A stretch of DNA of 64,000 nt, from assembly GCA_014685065.1 (NCBI GenBank), contig GCA_014685065.1_4092.2, one strand, 5' to 3'. The first letter of the stretch is position 1; every line of letters begins with the position of its first letter. The notes beneath the pieces were generated by a model. The model was given only the letters and a program-made list of their open reading frames with translations. It did not search any database and was not told the DNA's origin. A program made the translations under genes and the position numbers. Positions 55,287 to 63,222 of this stretch are shown here, in pieces. This DNA comes from a phage.

Positions 55287-55310
55287 CCTAACTAAAAGAG
55301 AGAAATTAAA

Positions 55311-55634
55311 ATGACTATGATCCTTACCCAGAAAGTAGAAATGAAAATTGTAACTTCCTTTGACATTAAAGTTAATCGGTGGACTGATAGCCACGGCAAT
55401 ACTTACCACTCATGCTACGTGTCTGCATTGATTGGTGACCGCTGGGAAGACCTGGGACATGAAACCTTTACTTACGGTTACGGTACACAAGGCGAATACA
55501 CGGGCTTGGAGATCATTAAAGAAACTGTAATAGGTTTCAACCCGAAAGAGAAAGTACTACACAGAATTGAGGATGAGATCAACAAAGAAATTACAGTTCG
55601 TTACTACGATGTAAAACGTAAGAAAGACATGTAA
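55311..55634 (+). CDS. hypothetical protein, paralog of 48735 gene
   Basis: GNTYHS ... YGYG ... VKRKKDM. Confidence 0.55.
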   Translation: MTMILTQKVEMKIVTSFDIKVNRWTDSHGNTYHSCYVSALIGDRWEDLGHETFTYGYGTQGEYTGLEIIKETVIGFNPKEKVLHRIEDEINKEITVRYYDVKRKKDM

Positions 55635-55656
55635 TAGAATCCATTTAAAGTACTAT

Positions 55657-55685
55657 TTGACATTGCCCAGATAGTACTTTATAAT
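55657..55685 (+). promoter_or_regulatory. promoter TTGACA-17-TATAAT flanked by AGTACT
   Basis: agtactatttgacattgcccagatagtactttataat. Confidence 0.55.
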
Positions 55686-55733
55686 AGACTCTAACTTGTA
55701 GTACTAATTAACTTAACTAATAGGATGTACACC

Positions 55734-56129
55734 ATGATTACTAAATTCTTCGCTACCCGTGAACAAGCTCGCATCGTTGCTCGTGAAGAAGGTGAAACAT
55801 TTAAAGACATGGGCAAAGATGCACCGAAAGGACAACGCTGGGCGGTACAGTTCAAAGAGATCTCTGATATTGTGAATTCACCTGAGCCTGTACTTACTGA
55901 AGCAGAACTGAAGAAAGCTCAAGAACTGGCTGAAGTACTGAACGCTCAAGATGACTTCTTGGAAGGTTCTGATATTGAAGTTACAGTTAACGCAAATGCA
56001 TGGACTCACGCGGATCACCTGGCAAACCTTAAGCGTCCAAGTGAACTGATTCGTAACCAGAAAGAGATCCGTCATGACCGTAAAGGAAACCGTGTAACAG
56101 TATACAGTAAACGCCGCCAGGTTATCTAA
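55734..56129 (+). CDS. hypothetical protein, paralog of 43763 gene with insertion
   Basis: FATREQARIVAREEGETFKDMG ... RHDRKGNRVTVYS. Confidence 0.55.
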   Translation: MITKFFATREQARIVAREEGETFKDMGKDAPKGQRWAVQFKEISDIVNSPEPVLTEAELKKAQELAEVLNAQDDFLEGSDIEVTVNANAWTHADHLANLKRPSELIRNQKEIRHDRKGNRVTVYSKRRQVI

Positions 56130-56150
56130 TAACTTTGCAGTACTAACAAC

Positions 56151-56176
56151 ACGGCGGGAATAGTTCCCGCCTTTTT
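56151..56176 (+). terminator. intrinsic terminator
   Basis: GGCGGGAATAGTTCCCGCC + T6. Confidence 0.7.
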
Positions 56177-56192
56177 TATAGGATAAACTAAA

Positions 56193-56447
56193 ATGATGAA
56201 GGTACAACTATCTAAAGATAATATCTTGCGGGTACACTATAAAGCACCACAGAGAATCATCACAAAGGCCGTACAGCTTGCTAATGAGTTTATTAATGGT
56301 AGTCTATTACCCAGGAAGTTAAGCAACGGGAAACTACGTGTTATCGATGTAGACACTAACAATAGAATAGTAATTGAGAGTACTGGAAAAATTAATCTAT
56401 ATGAACACCAACAATACAATAAAAAAATAAAACTAATATCACGTTGA
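56193..56447 (+). CDS. hypothetical protein
   Basis: RBS AGGA. Confidence 0.5.
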   Translation: MMKVQLSKDNILRVHYKAPQRIITKAVQLANEFINGSLLPRKLSNGKLRVIDVDTNNRIVIESTGKINLYEHQQYNKKIKLISR

Positions 56448-56471
56448 CAGTACTCAATTGTTTTAGTATTA
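56444..56471 (+). promoter_or_regulatory. promoter TTGACAGTACTCAA ... TATTAT (homologous to 56722)
   Basis: two genes with unrelated products share this promoter/leader. Confidence 0.5.
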
Positions 56472-56503
56472 TGTATCTATACCAACACAGAGAGAGAAAC
56501 AAA

Positions 56504-56722
56504 ATGAAATTATCTAAAATCGAAAAGAAAACTATTGATGAAGCAGTGAAGCACGGTTATACCTTTCGTAATGATTCACACTTCACCAGTTTTCAACAGG
56601 GAAACCGTACCATCAAAAAACTCATTGATAAAGGTTTACTCACTAAGGTTGATAACGGGAACGGTGTAGAATATCAACCGACAGAAGACGCATTATCACT
56701 AAAGAAATATTCTATTATCTAA
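56504..56722 (+). CDS. hypothetical protein
   Basis: ATG 56504 after AGAGAGA; track N-terminus is a leader read-through. Confidence 0.5.
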   Translation: MKLSKIEKKTIDEAVKHGYTFRNDSHFTSFQQGNRTIKKLIDKGLLTKVDNGNGVEYQPTEDALSLKKYSII

Positions 56723-56750
56723 TTGACAGTACTCAAATGTTTTAGTACTA
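56722..56750 (+). promoter_or_regulatory. promoter TTGACAGTACTCAA ... TACTAT
   Basis: homologous to 56444. Confidence 0.5.
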
Positions 56751-56779
56751 TGTACGCATACCAACACGGGGAAAACAAA

Positions 56780-57022
56780 ATGATTACTTTAGAAAAACGT
56801 ATCAAAGAGACTACAACGCTGGTGGAACTGTTAACCGTTCTTAAATGCCGGGTAACTCCATTCAGTACACCGGACTTTATCAACATGGTGGACGTTAACG
56901 GTCGCTATCGTATTGCGGTCGAACAAGGTACGGCAAAAGTATTCAGTACTAAAAATACGCGTGAAGTATTCCACGCAGTAAGTACGAAAAAAGTAGTTGC
57001 CATTGATAGTAAAGTACTGTAA
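56780..57022 (+). CDS. hypothetical protein
   Basis: ATG 56780 after GGGGAAAA. Confidence 0.5.
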   Translation: MITLEKRIKETTTLVELLTVLKCRVTPFSTPDFINMVDVNGRYRIAVEQGTAKVFSTKNTREVFHAVSTKKVVAIDSKVL

Positions 57023-57053
57023 TATAGTTTCATTAACTCAAGGAGTCAACACA

Positions 57054-57638
57054 ATGCGTAACTATACTAAATTCATCCGTTCACTTCATGCAATGGAAAC
57101 CAACAAAGAGATCCTTTCAGCTTGTCGGTTAGCTGGACTGGAGATCGTCGGTGCGGGTTCTTCCCGTATTGTATTCGCTTTAAATGATCGGTTAGTGATT
57201 AAGGTCGCGAATTGTGATGCGGGTGTAGAACAAAATGAAACTGAATGTAAGGTATGGAATTTTTTAGATTATGACCGTCCGCACCTTAAACAGTTCTTTG
57301 CCAAGGTGCATATGCATTTATGCGATCCTGATAATCTGTTTATTGTTATGGATCGTTTGAGTACTGCAAGCAAAGGCAGTGTAAAGCACGTAACCGCATG
57401 TAATGAGTTAAAGTACAATATTAAACGTAACACTATTGAACGCCATCACCATTTCGCTGATGCTCTCAATCACGTTGATGATACATTATCCACACTAACG
57501 ATAAGAGATATCAGAAAACAGAATATCGGCCAGGATCGCAACGGCTTGATTAAAGTACTTGATTACGGTTTAACCCGCAATATCTGGAATCAGTACTATA
57601 AAAAACGTGATGTTAACGCGATAACTATAACACGATAA
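57054..57638 (+). CDS. protein-kinase-like protein (atypical Ser/Thr-kinase fold)
   Basis: Gly-loop VGAGSSRIVF, VIKVA, catalytic-loop-like IRDIRKQNIG, DFG-like VLDYG; ATG 57054 after AAGGAG. Confidence 0.55.
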   Translation: MRNYTKFIRSLHAMETNKEILSACRLAGLEIVGAGSSRIVFALNDRLVIKVANCDAGVEQNETECKVWNFLDYDRPHLKQFFAKVHMHLCDPDNLFIVMDRLSTASKGSVKHVTACNELKYNIKRNTIERHHHFADALNHVDDTLSTLTIRDIRKQNIGQDRNGLIKVLDYGLTRNIWNQYYKKRDVNAITITR

Positions 57639-57652
57639 AAAAGATTAAAAAA

Positions 57653-57685
57653 GGGATTGACTCCAGTCAGTCCCTTTGCTATTAT
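57653..57685 (+). terminator. bifunctional terminator/promoter module
   Basis: GGGATTGACTCCAGTCAGTCCC + TTTGCTATTAT. Confidence 0.65.
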
Positions 57686-57779
57686 ATATTCATTGAGAGA
57701 TAACTCACTGACCCATAGGGTGCGGAAGTGTATCTATTATATAAGTATTCAGTACTGAAAACTATTTGATAAAAAGTAC

Positions 57780-57840
57780 TTGCAAACTATCTTAATGAGC
57801 GTATAATGTTTTATATCGAGAGGGGGAAATGGTTCTCCCT
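57780..57840 (+). promoter_or_regulatory. PeSL-like module
   Basis: TTGCAA 57780-57785, TATAAT 57802-57807, hairpin AGGGGGAAATGGTTCTCCCT. Confidence 0.65.
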
Positions 57841-57862
57841 GGTACTAAAAGGAATCAAAACG

Positions 57863-58084
57863 ATGGCTACTATGACCTGCGTTCACGCTTCAAATCTTCT
57901 GAATGATGCAGCATTTAAAGCAGGTGAAGAATATCAATGCTATCGGGATGAAAATAAAAAAGTTTTCGTCGTTGATGCTAACGGTTTCCATATTGAATTG
58001 CAATCCGGCTTCACTGGTTTAAATGGTAAATCAGTATGGGGCGTTAATGATGATAATGGTCTTTATCACTTTATCCGTAATTAA
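57863..58084 (+). CDS. hypothetical protein
   Basis: ATG 57863 after AAGGAA. Confidence 0.5.
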   Translation: MATMTCVHASNLLNDAAFKAGEEYQCYRDENKKVFVVDANGFHIELQSGFTGLNGKSVWGVNDDNGLYHFIRN

Positions 58085-58087
58085 GTA

Positions 58088-58146
58088 TTGACAAAGTATA
58101 TCAGTACTGTATAATAGTTTACATCAAGGGGAGAATAGTTCTCCCC
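58088..58146 (+). promoter_or_regulatory. PeSL-like module
   Basis: TTGACA 58088-58093, TATAAT 58110-58115, hairpin GGGGAGAATAGTTCTCCCC. Confidence 0.65.
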
Positions 58147-58168
58147 ACCAATAAAAGGAAACAAAATT

Positions 58169-58441
58169 ATGTCTAGCTACTCCGCTACTATGATCATTAA
58201 AGATATGAACGGTAATCCTACTTCTGCTGGTGGATCATTTGGAAACATTAACTTAGATGGTCGGTTATCAATTGAATCAGCCATCAATGCAGCGAAAGAA
58301 GTTTTTAAGAATGAATGCACTGTAAGTAAGCTGGATTATATGGGATTCGCTATCGAGAAAACTAATCGTTTTGTGAACTACAAAAATCCACTGATGATTG
58401 ATACTAACCTGAAAGCTAACGAAGTGGAATACTTATTATGA
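58169..58441 (+). CDS. hypothetical protein
   Basis: RBS AAAGGAAA. Confidence 0.55.
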   Translation: MSSYSATMIIKDMNGNPTSAGGSFGNINLDGRLSIESAINAAKEVFKNECTVSKLDYMGFAIEKTNRFVNYKNPLMIDTNLKANEVEYLL

Positions 58442-58629
58442 CAGTTGAAGAAGTTAAAAAAGTACTGGCAGTACTACGCTATCATAATCATTGTAAGGTG
58501 AAGAATGATCCTGATTATGTTGATTCATCCCTGGAGGAAGACACCTTAAACGCGATAAGCTATATGCAAACATTAGCAAAGCGTATGACCGAAAAGAATA
58601 GGCCGGACTATATCGGAAATAAAATTTAA
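58438..58629 (+). CDS. hypothetical protein
   Basis: ATGA overlap with upstream gene. Confidence 0.5.
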   Translation: MTVEEVKKVLAVLRYHNHCKVKNDPDYVDSSLEEDTLNAISYMQTLAKRMTEKNRPDYIGNKI

Positions 58630-58635
58630 AAAGTA

Positions 58636-58698
58636 CTTGCATTGTAGTTAGATTAACGTATAATGTTTTATATCGAGAGGGGGAAATGGTTTCCCCTC
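58636..58698 (+). promoter_or_regulatory. PeSL-like module
   Basis: TTGCAT, TATAAT 58659-58664, hairpin GAGGGGGAAATGGTTTCCCCTC. Confidence 0.65.
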
Positions 58699-58716
58699 AA
58701 GTCCAGGAGATACACC

Positions 58717-58980
58717 ATGAACACTATCGAAATCACTATCAATGCACACGTATACGACAACGTAGTACTGCAAACTACTATGACCGCTAATGATACCAGT
58801 ACTTTGCGGAATATCGTTATTAGTTCAGTATGTGCCGCTATCGGTGATGTTGCCCTTGAAAATGCAAAACACGTCAACGATGCCTTTACGATGTGCAAAC
58901 GTGATAACTCAAAACATATCATCTGCGAAGGTTACGGCGGTGTAGAATACAATGTTTATATGAAAAAAGTACTTGCATAA
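58717..58980 (+). CDS. hypothetical protein
   Basis: ATG 58717 after AGGAG; last codons overlap next promoter. Confidence 0.5.
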   Translation: MNTIEITINAHVYDNVVLQTTMTANDTSTLRNIVISSVCAAIGDVALENAKHVNDAFTMCKRDNSKHIICEGYGGVEYNVYMKKVLA

Positions 58981-59029
58981 TAACTAAAACAAAGTATAAT
59001 GTTTTGCATAGGGGGAGATATCCTCCCCC
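58973..59029 (+). promoter_or_regulatory. PeSL-like module
   Basis: TTGCAT 58973-58978, TATAAT 58995-59000, hairpin GGGGGAGATATCCTCCCCC. Confidence 0.65.
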
Positions 59030-59048
59030 ACTAATAAGGAGTACTAAA

Positions 59049-59273
59049 ATGGCTAACTTTGATGAACTGATGCGGGAAGTAGCTACCCTGGCAGAAGAGA
59101 AGAAATCATTCGATTCTATATATAACACCGCTTACAGTGATTCAGTACTGGCATGTACTCAGGATCAAAAAGATGAACTGATCGCCACCTATCATGAAGC
59201 ATGGAAGTATTACCGCCAATGGGAGAAAGAAGAAAGCGAGTCTACCATCAACGGCATCAATAATCTAATCTAA
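59049..59273 (+). CDS. hypothetical protein
   Basis: ATG 59049 after AAGGAG. Confidence 0.5.
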   Translation: MANFDELMREVATLAEEKKSFDSIYNTAYSDSVLACTQDQKDELIATYHEAWKYYRQWEKEESESTINGINNLI

Positions 59274-59291
59274 AGTTTTATTTCAGTACTA

Positions 59292-59320
59292 TTGACAATG
59301 CGTGATAGTACTGATGTGAT
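59292..59320 (+). promoter_or_regulatory. promoter-like TTGACA flanked by AGTACT
   Basis: agtactattgacaatgcgtgatagtactgatgtgataac. Confidence 0.4.
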
Positions 59321-59347
59321 AACTTTACTAACTAAAGGGGAAACATA

Positions 59348-59605
59348 ATGGAACAGTTCACACAATATCGGGTAAATCCTCAAGCTATGGCCTACGTAGA
59401 AGACCATAAAACGTTACCAGTACTAACACCAATTAAAGGCCATATCTATCGTGCTATGCAGTGGAATAACGCCTATAATGGCTATAAAGCGGTATCCGCT
59501 GCAATGTACTTAGGGGATGGCGAATGGTTTGATCCAAATAATCCTGGTGCACTCGATAGTACTGAAAAAATGACATGGGCCGACTATATCGAAGATATCT
59601 CATAA
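59348..59605 (+). CDS. hypothetical protein
   Basis: RBS AAGGGGAAA. Confidence 0.5.
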   Translation: MEQFTQYRVNPQAMAYVEDHKTLPVLTPIKGHIYRAMQWNNAYNGYKAVSAAMYLGDGEWFDPNNPGALDSTEKMTWADYIEDIS

Positions 59606-59612
59606 AAACTAT

Positions 59613-59673
59613 TTGACAGTACTACAAGATAATGTATAATGTTTTACATAGAGCGGGGGAATAGTTCTCCCGC
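59613..59673 (+). promoter_or_regulatory. PeSL-like module
   Basis: TTGACA 59613-59618, TATAAT 59635-59640, hairpin GCGGGGGAATAGTTCTCCCGC. Confidence 0.65.
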
Positions 59674-59693
59674 ACCTTTAGGAGTAAAACATT

Positions 59694-59894
59694 ATGTCAA
59701 TCGCTAACGAATTGGTTGCAGTACTGAATGAAGCAAAAGCCAACTGCATCGATGTACAGATAAAAGAGCTTGGCAATGGCTTGATCGGCTGTACTTGTTC
59801 CGTGCAAACGGCTACCGATTATCGGGAAGTGGAATCACTCGAATCACTGGTACGGTATATTAAAATCCTGGTAGAAGATTGGAGAATCATCTAA
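59694..59894 (+). CDS. hypothetical protein
   Basis: RBS AGGAG. Confidence 0.5.
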   Translation: MSIANELVAVLNEAKANCIDVQIKELGNGLIGCTCSVQTATDYREVESLESLVRYIKILVEDWRII

Positions 59895-59913
59895 CAAAAA
59901 AGAATAAAAAAAA

Positions 59914-59946
59914 GGGATTGACTCCGGTCAGTCCCTTTGCTATTAT
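59914..59946 (+). terminator. bifunctional terminator/promoter module
   Basis: AAAGGGATTGACTCCGGTCAGTCCCTTTGCTATTAT. Confidence 0.65.
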
Positions 59947-60069
59947 ATACGCATAGACAAAAACTAGCCCACAGGGTGCAGAGAAGTATCTGTAAGATAG
60001 TTAATAACGGTGAGTAACTATCTGCTGGTGGATGTAATTCCAGTACTCAAAACTATTTCAAAAAAAGTA

Positions 60070-60099
60070 TTGACAAAGTATATCAGTACTGCGATAATG
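60070..60099 (+). promoter_or_regulatory. promoter TTGACA ... GCGATAAT
   Basis: tattgacaaagtatatcagtactgcgataat. Confidence 0.5.
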
Positions 60100-60151
60100 T
60101 ATCTCGTAGGGCGGCGATGGTGCGACGGCCCACAAAGTTAGGAGATTCAAA

Positions 60152-60478
60152 ATGAGTACTTCAATCGCTATCGTTAAAGCTTTCATCCGTACCAATTTCG
60201 ACCGCATTACTGTTGATGGTAATGATCGGGAAGTAGAATACTCTTTCATTGTTGCACAAACCGCAAACGGTGCACGCTATATCTTAAACGATAGTGAAGC
60301 TAACCACTACTTCTATAATAAAGGATTACACTACATCCCTAGCGAAGTAGTCTACAGTAAGATGAATAAGCTGGTAGACAAGATTAACGCAAAGGGTACT
60401 ATAGATTTACAGTACTGGACCGAAACAGATCCAGAATACGGCTCGTATCGTTACCTGAATCCAGGAATTAAAATGTAA
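60152..60478 (+). CDS. hypothetical protein
   Basis: RBS AGGAGA. Confidence 0.55.
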   Translation: MSTSIAIVKAFIRTNFDRITVDGNDREVEYSFIVAQTANGARYILNDSEANHYFYNKGLHYIPSEVVYSKMNKLVDKINAKGTIDLQYWTETDPEYGSYRYLNPGIKM

Positions 60479-60484
60479 AAAGTA

Positions 60485-60546
60485 CTTGCATAGTACTTAG
60501 AATCAAGTATAATGTTTTACATAGAGAGGGGGAAATGGTTCTCCCT
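60485..60546 (+). promoter_or_regulatory. PeSL-like module
   Basis: TTGCAT 60485-60490, TATAAT 60508-60513, hairpin GAGGGGGAAATGGTTCTCCCTC. Confidence 0.65.
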
Positions 60547-60567
60547 CCTACATTAAGGAGTTTTATC

Positions 60568-60969
60568 ATGACTTTCTCAATCACTTCCTTTGCTGACGTT
60601 TTAGTACTGGCTCGGACTTTTGGTAAAGATGCACTGGAGTACGCTGTAAGTAATGGCACTCTCCAACCGGAACAATGCCGCATCATTGGAAACTGTAAAC
60701 GTTGGGCGGTATCCAATACTATTGCACTAGAAAACTTCAACGATGGTAACAATGAGTATTCAGTTGATGCAGTATTCGAAGCCGTTGATCTTGGCGGTAT
60801 CTATAACACTAACCTAAATGATGTGCGTATCGTTCGCACGGGGTTCGGTGCTTATGATGTATCTATCCGTGAAGCTATGAACACCGGATACATTAGTAAG
60901 GACTTACTTGCTCACATCATGCAGCTATGGACGGAACGTAACGAAGCACGCACTATCTTAGGACTATAA
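60568..60969 (+). CDS. hypothetical protein
   Basis: ATG 60568 after AAGGAG. Confidence 0.55.
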   Translation: MTFSITSFADVLVLARTFGKDALEYAVSNGTLQPEQCRIIGNCKRWAVSNTIALENFNDGNNEYSVDAVFEAVDLGGIYNTNLNDVRIVRTGFGAYDVSIREAMNTGYISKDLLAHIMQLWTERNEARTILGL

Positions 60970-60993
60970 GCATTACACATCACCAAACATCAT

Positions 60994-61013
60994 AGGCCGC
61001 TCTCTAGCGGCCT
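60994..61013 (+). terminator. terminator-like hairpin AGGCCGCT-ctct-AGCGGCCT
   Basis: 8-bp GC-rich stem; weak T tract. Confidence 0.4.
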
Positions 61014-61037
61014 TAACTATATCAGGAGGGCATACAT

Positions 61038-61247
61038 ATGTTCTATACAGTATACAGCGTTCTAGGTACTATTGCTGGCGTACATGATAACGTCAGTGAT
61101 GCTATGCGTACAGTACTGCAACAGGTTCCACTAAAGCCTAAGACTGTTAAGCAGATGACAGCACGACTAACCAGGGCGACGGATGGCGTGGAAGTATGGC
61201 AGGACTACGGGGATACACAGATAATCGTTAGCGTAACGAAGGATTAA
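61038..61247 (+). CDS. hypothetical protein
   Basis: RBS AGGAGGG. Confidence 0.5.
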   Translation: MFYTVYSVLGTIAGVHDNVSDAMRTVLQQVPLKPKTVKQMTARLTRATDGVEVWQDYGDTQIIVSVTKD

Positions 61248-61280
61248 TGCGTAAAGGGATCTAGTACTGATTCAGAAAAA

Positions 61281-61343
61281 AGTCAAGGCGTTTTTAAAAT
61301 TATGCGTTAAAAAAATGCATAGGTAATCCCTTGACTTTTTTGA
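61281..61343. repeat. 13-bp inverted repeat AAAAAAGTCAAGG ... CCTTGACTTTTTT at block boundary
   Basis: arms about 61281-61293 and 61330-61343. Confidence 0.45.
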
Positions 61344-61437
61344 AATAAAAGGGATTGGACTATGGCAAAATGCGTAGGGGGCTAAAGGGCGGGTAACCTT
61401 AGCGACTTCGATAAAGGGGTATTACGAATAAAATGTT

Positions 61438-61466
61438 ATTGACTTTTTATACAAATCGTATAAAAT
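61438..61466 (+). promoter_or_regulatory. promoter for tandem array B (TTGACT ... TATAAA)
   Basis: ttattgactttttatacaaatcgtataaaat upstream of first array gene. Confidence 0.45.
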
Positions 61467-61496
61467 ATGATTGATATTAATTTTAAGGGAGTCCCT

Positions 61497-61694
61497 ATGC
61501 GTATTTTAACTCAAGCAGAACACCACGAAAGACTTATCAATAACATGGCTATGATAATGTATAAGTCACATGAACGTGGTATTGCCTATAAGCGTGAATT
61601 AATTATGGCACTATTCATTGGAACTAACTTTCAGGAAAGGTATGTCAAGGATTGGATTTGGTATTTAATTGAAGATGTAACGAGTAAACTATGA
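61497..61694 (+). CDS. array B paralog
   Basis: ATG 61497 after AAGGGA; ...FIGTNFQERYVKDWIWYLIEDVTSKL. Confidence 0.55.
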   Translation: MRILTQAEHHERLINNMAMIMYKSHERGIAYKRELIMALFIGTNFQERYVKDWIWYLIEDVTSKL

Positions 61695-61891
61695 AAATGC
61701 GTAAATTAACCGAAAAAGAATATCAAGCACTGTTACGTAAAAACTTCACAAAGATTTATAATACAGACTCACACGTAGAACGAATGGAGTTATACCTTTT
61801 GATTACATTGGGAACTAACTATCAGGATGCATGGGTAACGAAATATGTGGATACATTGAAAAATAAAACATTGTCCACGAGGAAACAATGA
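61691..61891 (+). CDS. array B paralog
   Basis: ATGA overlap; LGTNYQDAW. Confidence 0.55.
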   Translation: MKMRKLTEKEYQALLRKNFTKIYNTDSHVERMELYLLITLGTNYQDAWVTKYVDTLKNKTLSTRKQ

Positions 61892-62103
61892 AAACTATAA
61901 CACGAACCCAATCATTCGGACTTATCTTGAAATACATGGACTTAATGGTGGATATCAGCAAAGACCTTAGTAAAACTGAAATTGAAGTTGCAATTGCAAG
62001 AGCAGAGTTCCGCATGTTGGCTGTACTGAACACAAACCATCAGGAAGATTATGTTGAAGAATGGATTCATTTTTTAATAGAAGATATAAAGAGTAAATTA
62101 TGA
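61888..62103 (+). CDS. array B paralog
   Basis: ATGA overlap; LNTNHQEDYVEEWIHFLIEDIKSKL. Confidence 0.55.
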   Translation: MKTITRTQSFGLILKYMDLMVDISKDLSKTEIEVAIARAEFRMLAVLNTNHQEDYVEEWIHFLIEDIKSKL

Positions 62104-62315
62104 TTATTATAGAAAACTCATATCAATATACTGAACGCATCGCTGCCAGACAACTTGAAATCCTCATAATATACGAAGAGACTTCTGATTTAAACTTAGC
62201 CGAGGTATTGGAAAATGATATACTATTGGGTGCATTCTTAGGAACAGACTATCAGAAGTATTATGAGGAAAAGTATTTGTCATCTCTTGAGAAATACATC
62301 AGGAGTAAACTATGA
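62100..62315 (+). CDS. array B paralog
   Basis: ATGA overlap; LGTDYQKYY...IRSKL. Confidence 0.55.
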   Translation: MIIIENSYQYTERIAARQLEILIIYEETSDLNLAEVLENDILLGAFLGTDYQKYYEEKYLSSLEKYIRSKL

Positions 62316-62524
62316 TTTTTTTAACACCAGAAGAATATAAGAAACGTTTCAAATCCGCACAGGGTGAAATCTTACTTATATACCTTTCAAATGCAGACCT
62401 TGACTTATCAAGGGTATTAGAAAAAGATTTACTTATGGGTGCATTTTTGGATACAGACTTTCAGGAGTATTATGTAGGGGAATACTTAATTGCACTCCAG
62501 AAATACATCAGGAGTAAACTATGA
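62312..62524 (+). CDS. array B paralog
   Basis: ATGA overlap; LDTDFQEYY...IRSKL. Confidence 0.55.
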   Translation: MIFLTPEEYKKRFKSAQGEILLIYLSNADLDLSRVLEKDLLMGAFLDTDFQEYYVGEYLIALQKYIRSKL

Positions 62525-62739
62525 AACATTTAAGTATCACCGAGAAGAATAAAATTGTCATTGCTGCAATAAACAAATATTTTACACTTCCTCACAAAGA
62601 AGGTTTATGTGTAAGGGAACACAGGATAAACACCACCGATATACGCATGATGGCTGTACTGGGGACGAACTTTCAGGAAGAGTATGTTGTTGCACACATA
62701 GTTGCCCTCACAAATCTAATAAGGGATAAATGTAAATGA
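62521..62739 (+). CDS. array B paralog
   Basis: ATGA overlap; LGTNFQEEY. Confidence 0.55.
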   Translation: MKHLSITEKNKIVIAAINKYFTLPHKEGLCVREHRINTTDIRMMAVLGTNFQEEYVVAHIVALTNLIRDKCK

Positions 62740-62993
62740 AATACTTAACTTCTGACGAATATTCACTTAGAATTCGTAAACTCACCCCAGAAGCAAGAGT
62801 AATCTACGATGACGATGCACTTTCATGGGTCGAGATGAAAGTTAAAGTTCATGAGCTATGGTTGCTGTACTTTGTGGGAACCCAATATCAAGAGAAATAT
62901 TGTACCGATTATCTTGAACAACTAATGGATCTTATACAGGAAAAACTAAATGATCGAATTGTGGAAAAATATGAAAACTTTATCAAGCACTGA
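62736..62993 (+). CDS. array B paralog with C-terminal read-through
   Basis: canonical ...QEKL end is followed by NDRIVEKYENFIKH because the usual ATGA stop is lost. Confidence 0.5.
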   Translation: MKYLTSDEYSLRIRKLTPEARVIYDDDALSWVEMKVKVHELWLLYFVGTQYQEKYCTDYLEQLMDLIQEKLNDRIVEKYENFIKH

Positions 62994-63222
62994 GTATCAA
63001 ACTGCCCTCTTCTCCCTTCTAAACACCCTCCGCACGAACAATAAACTTTATAATTCCCGTGAAGCTGATATCATCAATGCTGAGGTATATCTTAATAAAT
63101 TCATAGGGACAAACTATCAAGAAATGTTCACTCAACGATATATCTCTGCACTGAGAAACGCAATATGTGATAAAACCCGCCAAGCCCAAAGAGAATGGAA
63201 TAAACAATGCGACAAAGACTAA
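62950..63222 (+). CDS. array B paralog
   Basis: ATG 62950 at the position where the previous stop would normally be; IGTNYQEMF. Confidence 0.5.
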   Translation: MIELWKNMKTLSSTEYQTALFSLLNTLRTNNKLYNSREADIINAEVYLNKFIGTNYQEMFTQRYISALRNAICDKTRQAQREWNKQCDKD

